Notes under the pieces: model-generated | Database searches by the model: none | Told to the model about the DNA's origin: nothing | What the model saw: the letters and a program-made list of their open reading frames with translations, nothing else | NCBI GenBank assembly: GCA_963835065.1 | Contig: CAWIEK010000018.1 | Location: 1 to 19,019, forward strand | Reading direction: 5' to 3' | Length of the DNA: 19,019 bases | Origin: an uncultured Chthonomonadaceae bacterium | Lineage (GTDB): Bacteria; Armatimonadota; Chthonomonadetes; Chthonomonadales; Chthonomonadaceae | Translations under genes and position numbers: made by a program | Shown: positions 1 through 7,598 of the stretch, one piece after another | How positions within the stretch are numbered: position 1 is the first letter of the stretch | Layout of the letters: the number at the start of each line of letters is the position of its first letter

Positions 1-1
1 T

Positions 2-532
2 ACATCCGACTCTGAGACAGAGTGGCAGGAAATGTGTAATTGGATACTTGACAGTTCAGAAGTTGTAACTCGTGCAAATGGAGGATATTTAGGAACGGAG
101 TTACATCATCCTATATCTCAGACATTGTTCGTTGGATATGGCGGGCCGTTATTCAAAGAAGAATGGCCTCATATTCAGCGTTTTAGAGCCAGCATCGAAA
201 AGTGCGTGAATGTGATTGGACATCATTTTGACCTTTACGCTGACCTGCTGGTGATGTTAGGGAGCATTGGCAAGAGCTTTCTGCCGGAACCGGCGTTGAG
301 TTGGCTGGATATTACAACGGGGAAGGTTTTGGACTTAGAAGCGTTTTGGGCAAAACACAACAACGGAGCAGAAACGTCTCACCTTTTGAAACGGATGTGG
401 GAAGAACACGAGACGTACATCCGCAACCACAAAGATAGCTCAGACAAATATTCACGTCTTGTTGATCTTCTGGTTGCAGCAGGAGTGCCGCTGGCAAGCC
501 AGTTGCAACAGCAGTTAGAAAAGCGTCATTAG
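2..532 (+). CDS. C-terminal part (5'-truncated by the window edge) of a larger protein; the C-terminus resembles those of large STAND/NACHT-type ATPases
   Basis: Frame is open from base 2 (TSDSETEWQEMC...) to TAG at 530-532. It ends in a helical LVDLLVAAGVPLASQLQQQL motif. The family call is from recall of similar C-termini only. Confidence 0.6.
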   Translation, partial: TSDSETEWQEMCNWILDSSEVVTRANGGYLGTELHHPISQTLFVGYGGPLFKEEWPHIQRFRASIEKCVNVIGHHFDLYADLLVMLGSIGKSFLPEPALSWLDITTGKVLDLEAFWAKHNNGAETSHLLKRMWEEHETYIRNHKDSSDKYSRLVDLLVAAGVPLASQLQQQLEKRH

Positions 533-615
533 AGCCTGCGGAATACGAAGTAACAGAAGCGTTAATTACGCGCCTCTTCCTTGTGCGAGCCGAATCAATG
601 TTGAGGAGACAAACT

Positions 616-894
616 ATGCTGAGTACGTACCGAGCCGTATTGCGGGGTGAATTTTTGGAGTGGAGCAATGAGAAACCAATCGCCTTTCAACCGGATGACC
701 CTGTAGAAGTTCATGTGACCATTCTGGAAGAAACGTCGCTTTCGGCGCTGCCACAAGACAAGACACAGGGGCAGCGCATGGCGGACGCGCTGGAACAACT
801 TGCCCGCCTGCAGTCCTCGTCTTTGCCCGATGACCCCTTGACATGGGAGCGCGAAACGCGGGCAGACCGCGCGCTTCCGGGATGGGAGGCGTGA
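616..894 (+). CDS. Small hypothetical protein (92 aa), putative antitoxin of the type usually found upstream of PIN-domain toxins
   Basis: RBS GAGGAG at 603-608 and ATG at 616. The pattern MLSTYRAVLRG...QRMADALEQLA...DPLTWERETRADRALPG resembles PIN-partner antitoxins ending in DP..W.RE.R.DR.LP. The stop overlaps the next ATG (TGATG). Confidence 0.65.
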   Translation: MLSTYRAVLRGEFLEWSNEKPIAFQPDDPVEVHVTILEETSLSALPQDKTQGQRMADALEQLARLQSSSLPDDPLTWERETRADRALPGWEA

Positions 895-947
895 TGCTTA
901 TTCCTGAAATGTCCGTTATTCCTGAACAAGAATATGCTCAATTATAA
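894..947 (+). pseudogene. 17-codon stub (MLIPEMSVIPEQEYAQL*) at the position where a PIN toxin would start
   Basis: GGGAGG RBS and TGATG coupling to the upstream gene. It starts MLI as many PIN toxins do (MLIDSN...), then contains an 11-bp direct repeat TTATTCCTGAA (898-908, 916-926) and stops. Confidence 0.4.
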
Positions 948-1000
948 GAATATCCAGTAGGTTTCAGATAAAAGCCATCAGTAAAAGGCAGAGTAAAAGT

Positions 1001-1036
1001 ATGGCAATTCCAAAGCATGGCTCAAGAAACATTGTT
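1001..1036 (+). pseudogene. 5' stub (MAIPKHGSRNIV) of the same gene family as the pseudogene at 1680
   Basis: 30/36 nt identical to 1680-1715, with differences mostly at third codon positions. Similarity ends exactly at the stop codon of the convergent lipoprotein gene. Confidence 0.7.
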
Positions 1037-1519
1037 TCAGTGGGTTGACCCGCCTGATTGTGGAGGCGTGGAGAGATCATGTAAGGGGTCCACTGCGGTA
1101 AAGGCGCGTGGCTTCACGACCGTGCCGGGAAGTGTGATCACGAAAGGATTGTTAAAGTCATCGTGGGGCGCAAATTGCAAGGTGTACGTGCCCGGAATGA
1201 GCGACAGCGTGTAGTGCCCTGTTGCATCGGTTATTGCGCTTGCCACAATATGGTCGCCACAGGCAGGGCCTTCTACGAAGCCGTCTCTGATGTGGATGCA
1301 GTAGTTCGCGGTTGCCACGATGCTGCCATCCGCATACGCCGTCATGGAGCCGTCCGCGTTCTTGACGTAGGCTGTGCCGCGTATGCCCTGCCTGCCATCT
1401 CCCGTGTAGTTGGGGTTGCTGTCGCCGCTGCCGCATCCGCCGAGCAGCGCGCCGACAAGCAGCAGAAGTAAAACGCGCAGGCAAACGCGCTGAGTGGAAA
1501 AGATTATCGAGTTAAACAA
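1037..1519 (-). CDS. Lipoprotein with a carboxypeptidase-regulatory-like (transthyretin/CnaB-type) beta-sandwich, ~160 aa
   Basis: Probable TTG start at 1519 with AGGAGG 9 nt upstream. Hydrophobic signal LRVLLLLLVGALLGG-C lipobox, and GIRGTAY...TDATGHYTLSLIPGTYTL motif. Confidence 0.75.
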   Translation of the reverse strand: MFNSIIFSTQRVCLRVLLLLLVGALLGGCGSGDSNPNYTGDGRQGIRGTAYVKNADGSMTAYADGSIVATANYCIHIRDGFVEGPACGDHIVASAITDATGHYTLSLIPGTYTLQFAPHDDFNNPFVITLPGTVVKPRAFTAVDPLHDLSTPPQSGGSTH

Positions 1520-1679
1520 GGCAAAGCCCCTCCTGAGCAGGATGCTCTGAAAGTAAGATAGAGTGTTTGCGAAGTTGAGGGGGGCGCAACAGGCGCTATG
1601 CACTATTCCATAGCGCAACCGTATTCTCCTGCTCAATGGTGGATGAAATAAAAGAGTAATGCTTGTCAGGAGGTGTGAT

Positions 1680-1995
1680 ATGGCGATACCGAAGCGGGGT
1701 TCAAGAAACATTGTTGTGAATGGCGAATCCTATCGCTGGTACATGCGCCGCCGGCCTACTTACAGTCAGGGGCTGTGCGAAGAGATAGGAGTTTCGCCAT
1801 AGAACATGCGGATGTGAAAGGCAGCGTGCTGATAGCTGAACTGTCGCAGTAACATCCCGGCAATTGGCGGGGCGCTGAAACGTACCCCGTTGTTCCGGCA
1901 AATGTCGCGCGTACATCCAAACGGCATTAGCGCGTGGATGGAAGCCTACGCGACCGGGAAAAACGTTTGTGCTGGATATGACGGCAGACGAGTGA
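1680..1995 (+). pseudogene. Degraded ~105-aa conserved hypothetical protein gene (two frameshifts, one nonsense codon)
   Basis: AGGAGGT RBS at 1668-1674. The pieces join as MAIPKRGSRNIVVNGESYRWYMRRRPTYSQGLCEE / SFAIEHADVKGSVLIAELSQ*HPGNWRGAETYPVVPANVA / YIQTALARGWKPTRPGKTFVLDMTADE*, with TAA at 1850-1852. This resembles a hypothetical family I recall from actinobacteria (..GSRRIVVDG..YRW..R.RPTY.QG..FAVE..HP.NW..AL..GW.P..PG). Confidence 0.75.
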
Positions 1996-2012
1996 GAAAG
2001 GCGTTCCCCGCC

Positions 2013-2495
2013 ATGCTGGAGCCGATTTGCCGCGACGTTTTTGAGGGCGATGTTCTGCGCTTGCAAGTGCTGGATCGCAGCCTGGCGCGTACCGTCACGC
2101 ACCCCGAACCCTACGCCGTGATTTCTATCGGGGAACCGCAAATCAAGCCGGCTCTACTTGCGGATTCGCCACATTGCAGGGCCATTCTGCGCCTGCACTT
2201 TTCCGATGTTGCCTCCGACCTGCCCCGCCTGCGCTTTGTCACCCATGTTGCGCCGTTTACGCTTGACATGGCGCGGCAGATTGCCGATTTTACGCGCGAA
2301 CAAATCCAAAACGATGTGCGCTTGCTGGTAGTACATTGCGAAGCGGGCATGTCGCGCTCGGCGGGTGTGGCAACTGCTCTCAGCCAATTCTATAACCACG
2401 ACGAAACACACTTTCTCGTCCATTATCGCCCTAATGCCCACGTTCGCCGCCTGCTTCTGGAAGTTCTGCGCGATCCTCAACAGCCGCAGATTTGA
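2013..2495 (+). CDS. Predicted protein tyrosine / dual-specificity phosphatase (CX5R family), ~160 aa
   Basis: Catalytic loop VVHCEAGMSRSAGVA, upstream AVISI and LRLHFSD motifs, and C-terminal PNAHV. ATG 2013 is preferred because the longer start overlaps the pseudogene. Confidence 0.85.
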   Translation: MLEPICRDVFEGDVLRLQVLDRSLARTVTHPEPYAVISIGEPQIKPALLADSPHCRAILRLHFSDVASDLPRLRFVTHVAPFTLDMARQIADFTREQIQNDVRLLVVHCEAGMSRSAGVATALSQFYNHDETHFLVHYRPNAHVRRLLLEVLRDPQQPQI

Positions 2496-2496
2496 C

Positions 2497-2523
2497 AGCA
2501 GCAATAAGGCTATTGCCTGCTTT
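2497..2523 (+). terminator. Possible weak intrinsic terminator after the phosphatase gene
   Basis: AGCAGCAATA-AGGC-TATTGC(C)TGCT hairpin followed by a short T run. Confidence 0.35.
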
Positions 2524-2566
2524 CCAAACAGCGACTCTGGATTTTGGGAAATAGAAGGACAGAATC

Positions 2567-2677
2567 ATGGGCAGCGTTGTGAAAATAAAAGCAAGACAGT
2601 CGGAACGCCTGCAAAAGATTGCCTCCGAAAAAGACGGTAAATATAATAGAGGACCGTTGAAATTTAGTAAATCCTAA
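2567..2677 (+). pseudogene. 36-codon ORF, possibly the 5' remnant of a ribbon-helix-helix/antitoxin-like gene
   Basis: GAAGGA RBS then ATG. MGSVVKIKARQSERLQKIASEKDG has a beta-strand plus helix pattern, then runs into AT-rich sequence. Confidence 0.3.
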
Positions 2678-2750
2678 AGGAATCATTACTGAAGACGCTG
2701 AATAATACCTGCACACCCATGTATTTATCCAGCTAAGAGAGGATACACAA

Positions 2751-3254
2751 ATGCTAATCAATGGCATCCAGGTAAATGAAGCGCACTTGATTGAAACACT
2801 CGATCAGATCATTCCCAACTTCTTTAGTGAAGAGGAGGAAGTAGATAGTTGGGAATTAGCTGGGGCGGATACGGTTACGAATCTGCTGGGAACCGGACAG
2901 CCTCAAGGTGATATGAAGCCTATAAGCCAGGCACCCCACTTCATAGACCCCGCCTCAGCATTAGTTTGGATTGGCGTGGTGAACGCCTGTGTCAACGTCC
3001 TGTTTAACATTGCCAAGAAGGTCAAAGAATACGGCAATAAAAAAAGCCAGGACATCAACAACTTGAAGGAGAAGCCGAAGAAAGTTGTTTTGACAGGCGA
3101 ATTGAAGCAGGCATTGGCAGAAGAACTGAAAAAAACAAAAGTTCCCCAGGATAAAATCGCCGCGTTGACTAGTCAGTTAGCTTCGTCTATCGCACAATCA
3201 ATGGGTCTCGACGAAAACGACGAAATAGAGGATGAAGCGGGCGATGAACAATAA
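2751..3254 (+). CDS. Hypothetical protein (167 aa) with one central hydrophobic helix, partner of the downstream M48 peptidase
   Basis: GAGAGGA RBS upstream of ATG. Acidic N- and C-termini, hydrophobic ALVWIGVVNACVNVLFNIA, and overlap with the next gene. Confidence 0.75.
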   Translation: MLINGIQVNEAHLIETLDQIIPNFFSEEEEVDSWELAGADTVTNLLGTGQPQGDMKPISQAPHFIDPASALVWIGVVNACVNVLFNIAKKVKEYGNKKSQDINNLKEKPKKVVLTGELKQALAEELKKTKVPQDKIAALTSQLASSIAQSMGLDENDEIEDEAGDEQ

Positions 3255-4371
3255 GGAGAGGAGCCACCTGAGACGAGCCTACGAGCAAACCACCAGATTT
3301 AATCAGTTCAAGCTGATTATAGTCTCTTTGTTGCTTATCGTCTATAGCTTCCTGCTTGTTGTTGTCATACCAATTCAAACGTATTACGTCCTAATCAAAC
3401 GTTCCGATAGTGTCACAACTGCTCTCCAATCTCAGGCGATAGAAGCGATGCAGAGCTTTGTGCAAAACTTACCAGATGAGATGAGTGTTCCCAACATTAG
3501 TTCAGAGCAAGCCACTCTTCAAATAAACTCTACTGTCTATCAGGTCCAGTTATGGGTTGGCATTGCGGCGGTAATGCATACTTTGATCTGGATGTACTGG
3601 TTTGTGCGTTTAATAAAACATCTAAACGAATTCACAGATCGCTCACTGCGTAAACAAATCTATCCTTACCCTGAAGCAAAAGCAAAGACAATTCAAGCAA
3701 GAGTAGACAAGATATGCGCAGACATGAACATATCTGCGCCTATACATCTATGCTTGACGATTTTGCCTATGTCTCCCTGCATCCTATCAAGTAGAGGAAA
3801 GTTCTATCTGGTTCTGCCCACGACGATTCGTTCGCTGGAAAAAAAATATCCTGCTATGCTGAATGCTATTTTGGCGCATGAACTAGCACATGTTCTACAC
3901 AAAGATGCGTCAGTGGGCAGGTTCATCAGAATTGTTCTTGCAGTTACAAATACCGCTTGGATGTATAGCTTTCTTACCACATACATTTGGATGCTTGGCA
4001 GTTACCTGTTCAATACTCACTTAGGGGCTGATTTTCGGGTACATGCGGGGGTTATTCTATGGCTGTTCAGATACGTTGCGCTTGCATTCATTGTAGCCTA
4101 CGCAACTGAATTTTGGAATATAGTGTTCCTCTGGGTAGGAATGACGCTCTTTAGAAGGGCGTTGTATGGCTCCGAATATTTAGCGGATAAAGCGGCAGTT
4201 CTGCTTGGTGGAGCTGGGACAGATCTTGCGGATGCACTTGATCAGCTTCATCCTCACAATAAGGGTACGTCACACCCCGACGGTTTCAGTGAAACGCACC
4301 CACCTTCAACAAAACGAAAGCAACGCATTCACCAGTTACAACAGCGTTTGACCCATATTCATTCCGACTGA
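3232..4371 (+). CDS. M48 (HtpX/Ste24-like) membrane zinc metallopeptidase
   Basis: ILAHELAHV (HExxH), SEYLADKAA (third-ligand ExxAD), THPP...R motif and several TM helices. The start may be 3244. Confidence 0.88.
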   Translation: MKRAMNNKERSHLRRAYEQTTRFNQFKLIIVSLLLIVYSFLLVVVIPIQTYYVLIKRSDSVTTALQSQAIEAMQSFVQNLPDEMSVPNISSEQATLQINSTVYQVQLWVGIAAVMHTLIWMYWFVRLIKHLNEFTDRSLRKQIYPYPEAKAKTIQARVDKICADMNISAPIHLCLTILPMSPCILSSRGKFYLVLPTTIRSLEKKYPAMLNAILAHELAHVLHKDASVGRFIRIVLAVTNTAWMYSFLTTYIWMLGSYLFNTHLGADFRVHAGVILWLFRYVALAFIVAYATEFWNIVFLWVGMTLFRRALYGSEYLADKAAVLLGGAGTDLADALDQLHPHNKGTSHPDGFSETHPPSTKRKQRIHQLQQRLTHIHSD

Positions 4372-4961
4372 GCGTTATGAGTGTTGGTAGAAGTGTCCGG
4401 CGTAATGCTGTCTCCAGTAGGGGCATCTCCTTGTGGCGTAACGGGAGACGTCTCCTGTGTCGTTTTGGAGTCGAATAACCAGACTTGAATGGAGATAAGC
4501 AAACATCCTAGAACAGTGCCCGCAATTGATATCAACAGGGACATAAAAGCAGACCAACTCCCTATCTTTATAGATTGCCAAATAGTCATTCCGACCCAAA
4601 GAAGTCCGCAAGTAATTACGCCACCAATTAATTGTATAAAATCTGTATCTGAAGTGTAAGCTATCATACCGCACACGAAAATAAACACATAGAGAGAAGC
4701 TATAGATAACAGAAGCATCATAATCCCGCCGAAGTAACGCGAGAAGCGAAATGTTCCGGCCAAAAGACAGGCAATTAAGCATAGCATAATAGTTTGTTGC
4801 GCTGATCCCAACCACATAGCTAATTTTAACATTCCCTCTTGGTTTTTTCTTATGTGCCAAAGATATAAGGCTATAAGGATCAGGGGGAGGCGGACAATTG
4901 TTGTTACAGATGGCAGATTGAACTTTCCTGTATTTTTCGAAGATGTATCGTTTTCCGACAT
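4359..4961 (-). CDS. Hypothetical polytopic membrane protein (200 aa, ~5 TM)
   Basis: Repeated hydrophobic segments and a polar Thr/Ser-rich tail. Convergent with the M48 gene, 13-bp overlap. Confidence 0.7.
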   Translation of the reverse strand: MSENDTSSKNTGKFNLPSVTTIVRLPLILIALYLWHIRKNQEGMLKLAMWLGSAQQTIMLCLIACLLAGTFRFSRYFGGIMMLLLSIASLYVFIFVCGMIAYTSDTDFIQLIGGVITCGLLWVGMTIWQSIKIGSWSAFMSLLISIAGTVLGCLLISIQVWLFDSKTTQETSPVTPQGDAPTGDSITPDTSTNTHNAQSE

Positions 4962-4985
4962 TGTTTATTCACCATTTCAAGTCAC

Positions 4986-5100
4986 TAATTAACCCAAGTT
5001 GCTACCTTAAACCGTGTTTGAGATAGCGGCGTACCAAAAGTGGCAATTTGCACCTAAATCGTCGAGATTGAGAAAGCAAGGTAGCAACTTAGGTTAATTA
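4986..5100. mobile_element. MITE-like element A, 115 bp with 23-bp terminal inverted repeats
   Basis: TAATTAACCCAAGTTGCTACCTT (4986-5008) versus AAGGTAGCAACTTAGGTTAATTA (5078-5100), 22/23 complementary, TA ends, non-coding interior. Confidence 0.6.
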
Positions 5101-5174
5101 CCTGTTTAAGAACAATTTCCGGTTCTTGCAACAACCTTAGCCTCGAAGAACCGGAGGTTAATTTTAAACAGGTA
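5099..5174. mobile_element. MITE/REP-like element B, 76 bp with 29-bp imperfect inverted repeats
   Basis: TACCTGTTTAA-n8-TCCGGTTCTT (5099-5127) versus AAGAACCGGA-n8-TTAAACAGGTA (5146-5174). TA at both ends, the left TA shared with element A. Confidence 0.55.
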
Positions 5175-5184
5175 CTAACCGCAT

Positions 5185-7266
5185 TCATAATTCCTTCACG
5201 TACTCCACCAAATCTTTAAGCTGTTCCGGGGTCAGGCTGTCGGCGTTGCCGTGCAGGTGTCCGGGGTTGTATTTGGTAAAGATTTCTTCCAGCGTTTGGG
5301 CGCGGCCATCGTGCAGGTAGGGCGCGCTGGCATACGCTCCGACTAGATGCGGCACGTCAATGGTTACATCTTTGGGCGTGGTTCCGATGTTTTCCCGCTT
5401 TCGTGTGCCGCCGCTCATCACGCCGACGTGACAGTTGACGCAGCCGCCCTGACCGGTAAACAAATTCTTGCCGCGCAGGGCCGAAGCCGTCATTGTGCCG
5501 TCCGAGTTGCGGTACGGGTTGGCGGGCAGGGGCGTTTCGTTCACCAGGTCCCACAGCGCGTGTACTTCCGGGTGCTGCAATTTGCGCGTTTTCAGCAGCC
5601 CGCCCACCTCGTCATGCACGAACACCTCAAAATCATCCTCGCGTCCGCCCCAGCCATACGGCGACGTCATCAGCAGCAGCCCGCGCAGGTCTTTGGTGTT
5701 ACGCGCGTCCATGCCGTCCTTGACGTGGGCAAACTTCCACGATAGTCCGTCCGTGCCGCCGTTGGGGTGGCAGCTTTCACAGGAAAAAAACTGCCCGTGC
5801 GAAACGTGCGCGCTGGAAAAGAAGAAACGGCCTTTTAAGCGGCGATTGGGCGAAGGGAATGGCGCGTCCAATGTCACCACGCGCATTGTTTGTAACCCGG
5901 CAGCCGCCTTCTCCAAGCCTACCAATGCTGTGCCTGCCTGCGGCGCTTCCTTCAGCGCTTTGTCCGCTCCGCCCTGTGCTTTATCCGCTCCATTCAGCGC
6001 TGCGCCCGTTCCTCCCGGCGCATTGCCCGCTTTCTCTGCGACACCCACCCTTGCGTTCGCCCCGTTTTGTAAATCGGCGGAGGAAAGAACCGTCAGCGAG
6101 TTGCCTAAATGATTGGCGATCCACACGTCGCCACTGTGCGGGCGCAATGTCAGAGCGCGCGGATTACAGCCAACCGAAATACGCCGCATTTCCGCCCCCA
6201 CCGCGATAATCGGCAAGTCCGCGTCAATCGCGCCCCCATCACTCCTGAAAATAGATTTCGCCTTCGCCCCTTCTTCCTTCTTAATTTCCCCTCTATTCCC
6301 TGTTCCCTGTTCCCTGTTCCCTATGAGCGGCACAACCGCCGCCTCATGCGTTCCGCTCAACGTGACGTAAGCCGTTTCGCCCCTTTCATCCAGGGCAAGC
6401 CCGCACGGATCAGCCGCGCCATAATCCGCGCCATCCAGCACCAACATTCTTTCTATGCCCGGTTCTTTTCCCTTTTCCCTTTTCCCTTTTTCCTCTTCCC
6501 TGACCCCTATTGTAGCTTCGCATAGCACGTTCGACCAGAGCGTTTCCGGGCGGGTAGTGGACAGTTCGTTGTGAGGCTGCTGGCCTGTGACCCAGATATG
6601 CGCGCCGTCCGGGGTGAAAGCCATGCCGCGCAGGTTGATGGCGGGCAAAGCGATACGCCGGCGTTCCACGTTCGTGTCCGTGTCAATCAGGCTCAGGCTG
6701 CCGCCGAGAGAGTTGGCGCAGACAAGGGTTTTGCCGTCCGGGGCAAGGGCGAGAACGCGCGGGCCATGCCCGACGGGAATACGCCGCGTGATTTTGCCGC
6801 CCGCAATGTCAATCACGGCAACCTGATCCAGTTGGCTCACGCTGACCCAGGCGCGTCCGTCCGGGGTCACGGCCACGCCCGCCGGTTCACCCAACAAGGG
6901 AATTTTGGTACGCAGGGAGCGCTTGTCTATATCCACGATACCCACGCTGCCGGAGAAAGTATTGGCGACGACAAGCGCGTGTCCGTCCGGCGAGGCGGCA
7001 AGGGCGCAGGGCTGCTGCCCGCCGCTCGGCAAATGCGCAACGGTTCGGCCACTGTCGCAGTCCACAAGCGCGATGTCGTTTTCGTCCTGTTCCGCCACCC
7101 AAAGCTGTTTTCCATCCCCGCGAAACAGCAGCGCGGACGGGCCGCGCGTCCCGCCCGGAGACGGCAAGGGCAGAAGCGTGGGGGACTGTCCAAGCGTACT
7201 GCTCCACAGCAGAAGCAGGCCGGGAAAGAGCAGCGCGGCGGAAAGGCGGGCGTGTTGCGAGAACAT
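5185..7266 (-). CDS. Secreted YVTN/YncE-type beta-propeller fused to a di-haem cytochrome c peroxidase (MauG/bCCP-like) domain, ~693 aa
   Basis: ATG 7266 after GAGGAG. Signal peptide, repeated P..(S/T)PDG..L.V.N..S.SVS.ID blades, haem motifs CESCH and CVNCH, and RG..LF and PYLHDG motifs. Confidence 0.88.
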   Translation of the reverse strand: MFSQHARLSAALLFPGLLLLWSSTLGQSPTLLPLPSPGGTRGPSALLFRGDGKQLWVAEQDENDIALVDCDSGRTVAHLPSGGQQPCALAASPDGHALVVANTFSGSVGIVDIDKRSLRTKIPLLGEPAGVAVTPDGRAWVSVSQLDQVAVIDIAGGKITRRIPVGHGPRVLALAPDGKTLVCANSLGGSLSLIDTDTNVERRRIALPAINLRGMAFTPDGAHIWVTGQQPHNELSTTRPETLWSNVLCEATIGVREEEKGKREKGKEPGIERMLVLDGADYGAADPCGLALDERGETAYVTLSGTHEAAVVPLIGNREQGTGNRGEIKKEEGAKAKSIFRSDGGAIDADLPIIAVGAEMRRISVGCNPRALTLRPHSGDVWIANHLGNSLTVLSSADLQNGANARVGVAEKAGNAPGGTGAALNGADKAQGGADKALKEAPQAGTALVGLEKAAAGLQTMRVVTLDAPFPSPNRRLKGRFFFSSAHVSHGQFFSCESCHPNGGTDGLSWKFAHVKDGMDARNTKDLRGLLLMTSPYGWGGREDDFEVFVHDEVGGLLKTRKLQHPEVHALWDLVNETPLPANPYRNSDGTMTASALRGKNLFTGQGGCVNCHVGVMSGGTRKRENIGTTPKDVTIDVPHLVGAYASAPYLHDGRAQTLEEIFTKYNPGHLHGNADSLTPEQLKDLVEYVKEL
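6294..6321. repeat. Heptamer tandem repeat (TGTTCCC)n inside the CDS
   Basis: TATTCCC TGTTCCC TGTTCCC TGTTCCC; encodes GNREQGTGNR on the minus strand. Confidence 0.85.
6466..6507. repeat. Heptamer tandem repeat (TTTTCCC)n inside the CDS
   Basis: Three perfect TTTTCCC units plus TTTTTCC, TCTTCCC and TGACCCC, 42 bp in total; encodes GVREEEKGKREKGK. Confidence 0.8.
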
Positions 7267-7598
7267 AATCGAGTCTTTCTCCTCGGCAGGACAAAACAAA
7301 AGGCGGTGGAACAAAAGAAAGCCAGATTTGGATGAAAATAAAGGAAAAGGATACAACAAAGACGAAAAATCCGTCAATACGTTACGCGAGAAATGCCGTC
7401 TATCCCTGCAACCGCCTGTTAATCGGAAAAATAAAGGCACGGCATAGCAGTCTTACTGAAACGAGCAGAGAAATTGTTCCGTAAGAGAAGACACGAAGCA
7501 AAGGTTTTAGCATCCCGCCCGCGCGTCTTTTTACTTGTTCCACCCGCCTTATTCGCTTCTTGTTTCGTTCCAGGTGTCGCTTCTGGAGGAGTTGCCCC

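Noticed and set aside
1893..1960. Imperfect long hairpin (CGCGTA/TACGCG, CATCCA/TGGATG) as an ncRNA
   Set aside because: It lies within the reconstructed pseudogene at 1680-1995, and GC-rich pairing is plausibly chance.
5347..7447. Numerous plus-strand ORFs (e.g. 5468-6112, 6571-7335, 6905-7447)
   Set aside because: Shadow ORFs opposite a well-supported GC-rich gene. The same applies to 13864-14718 and 11463-12110.
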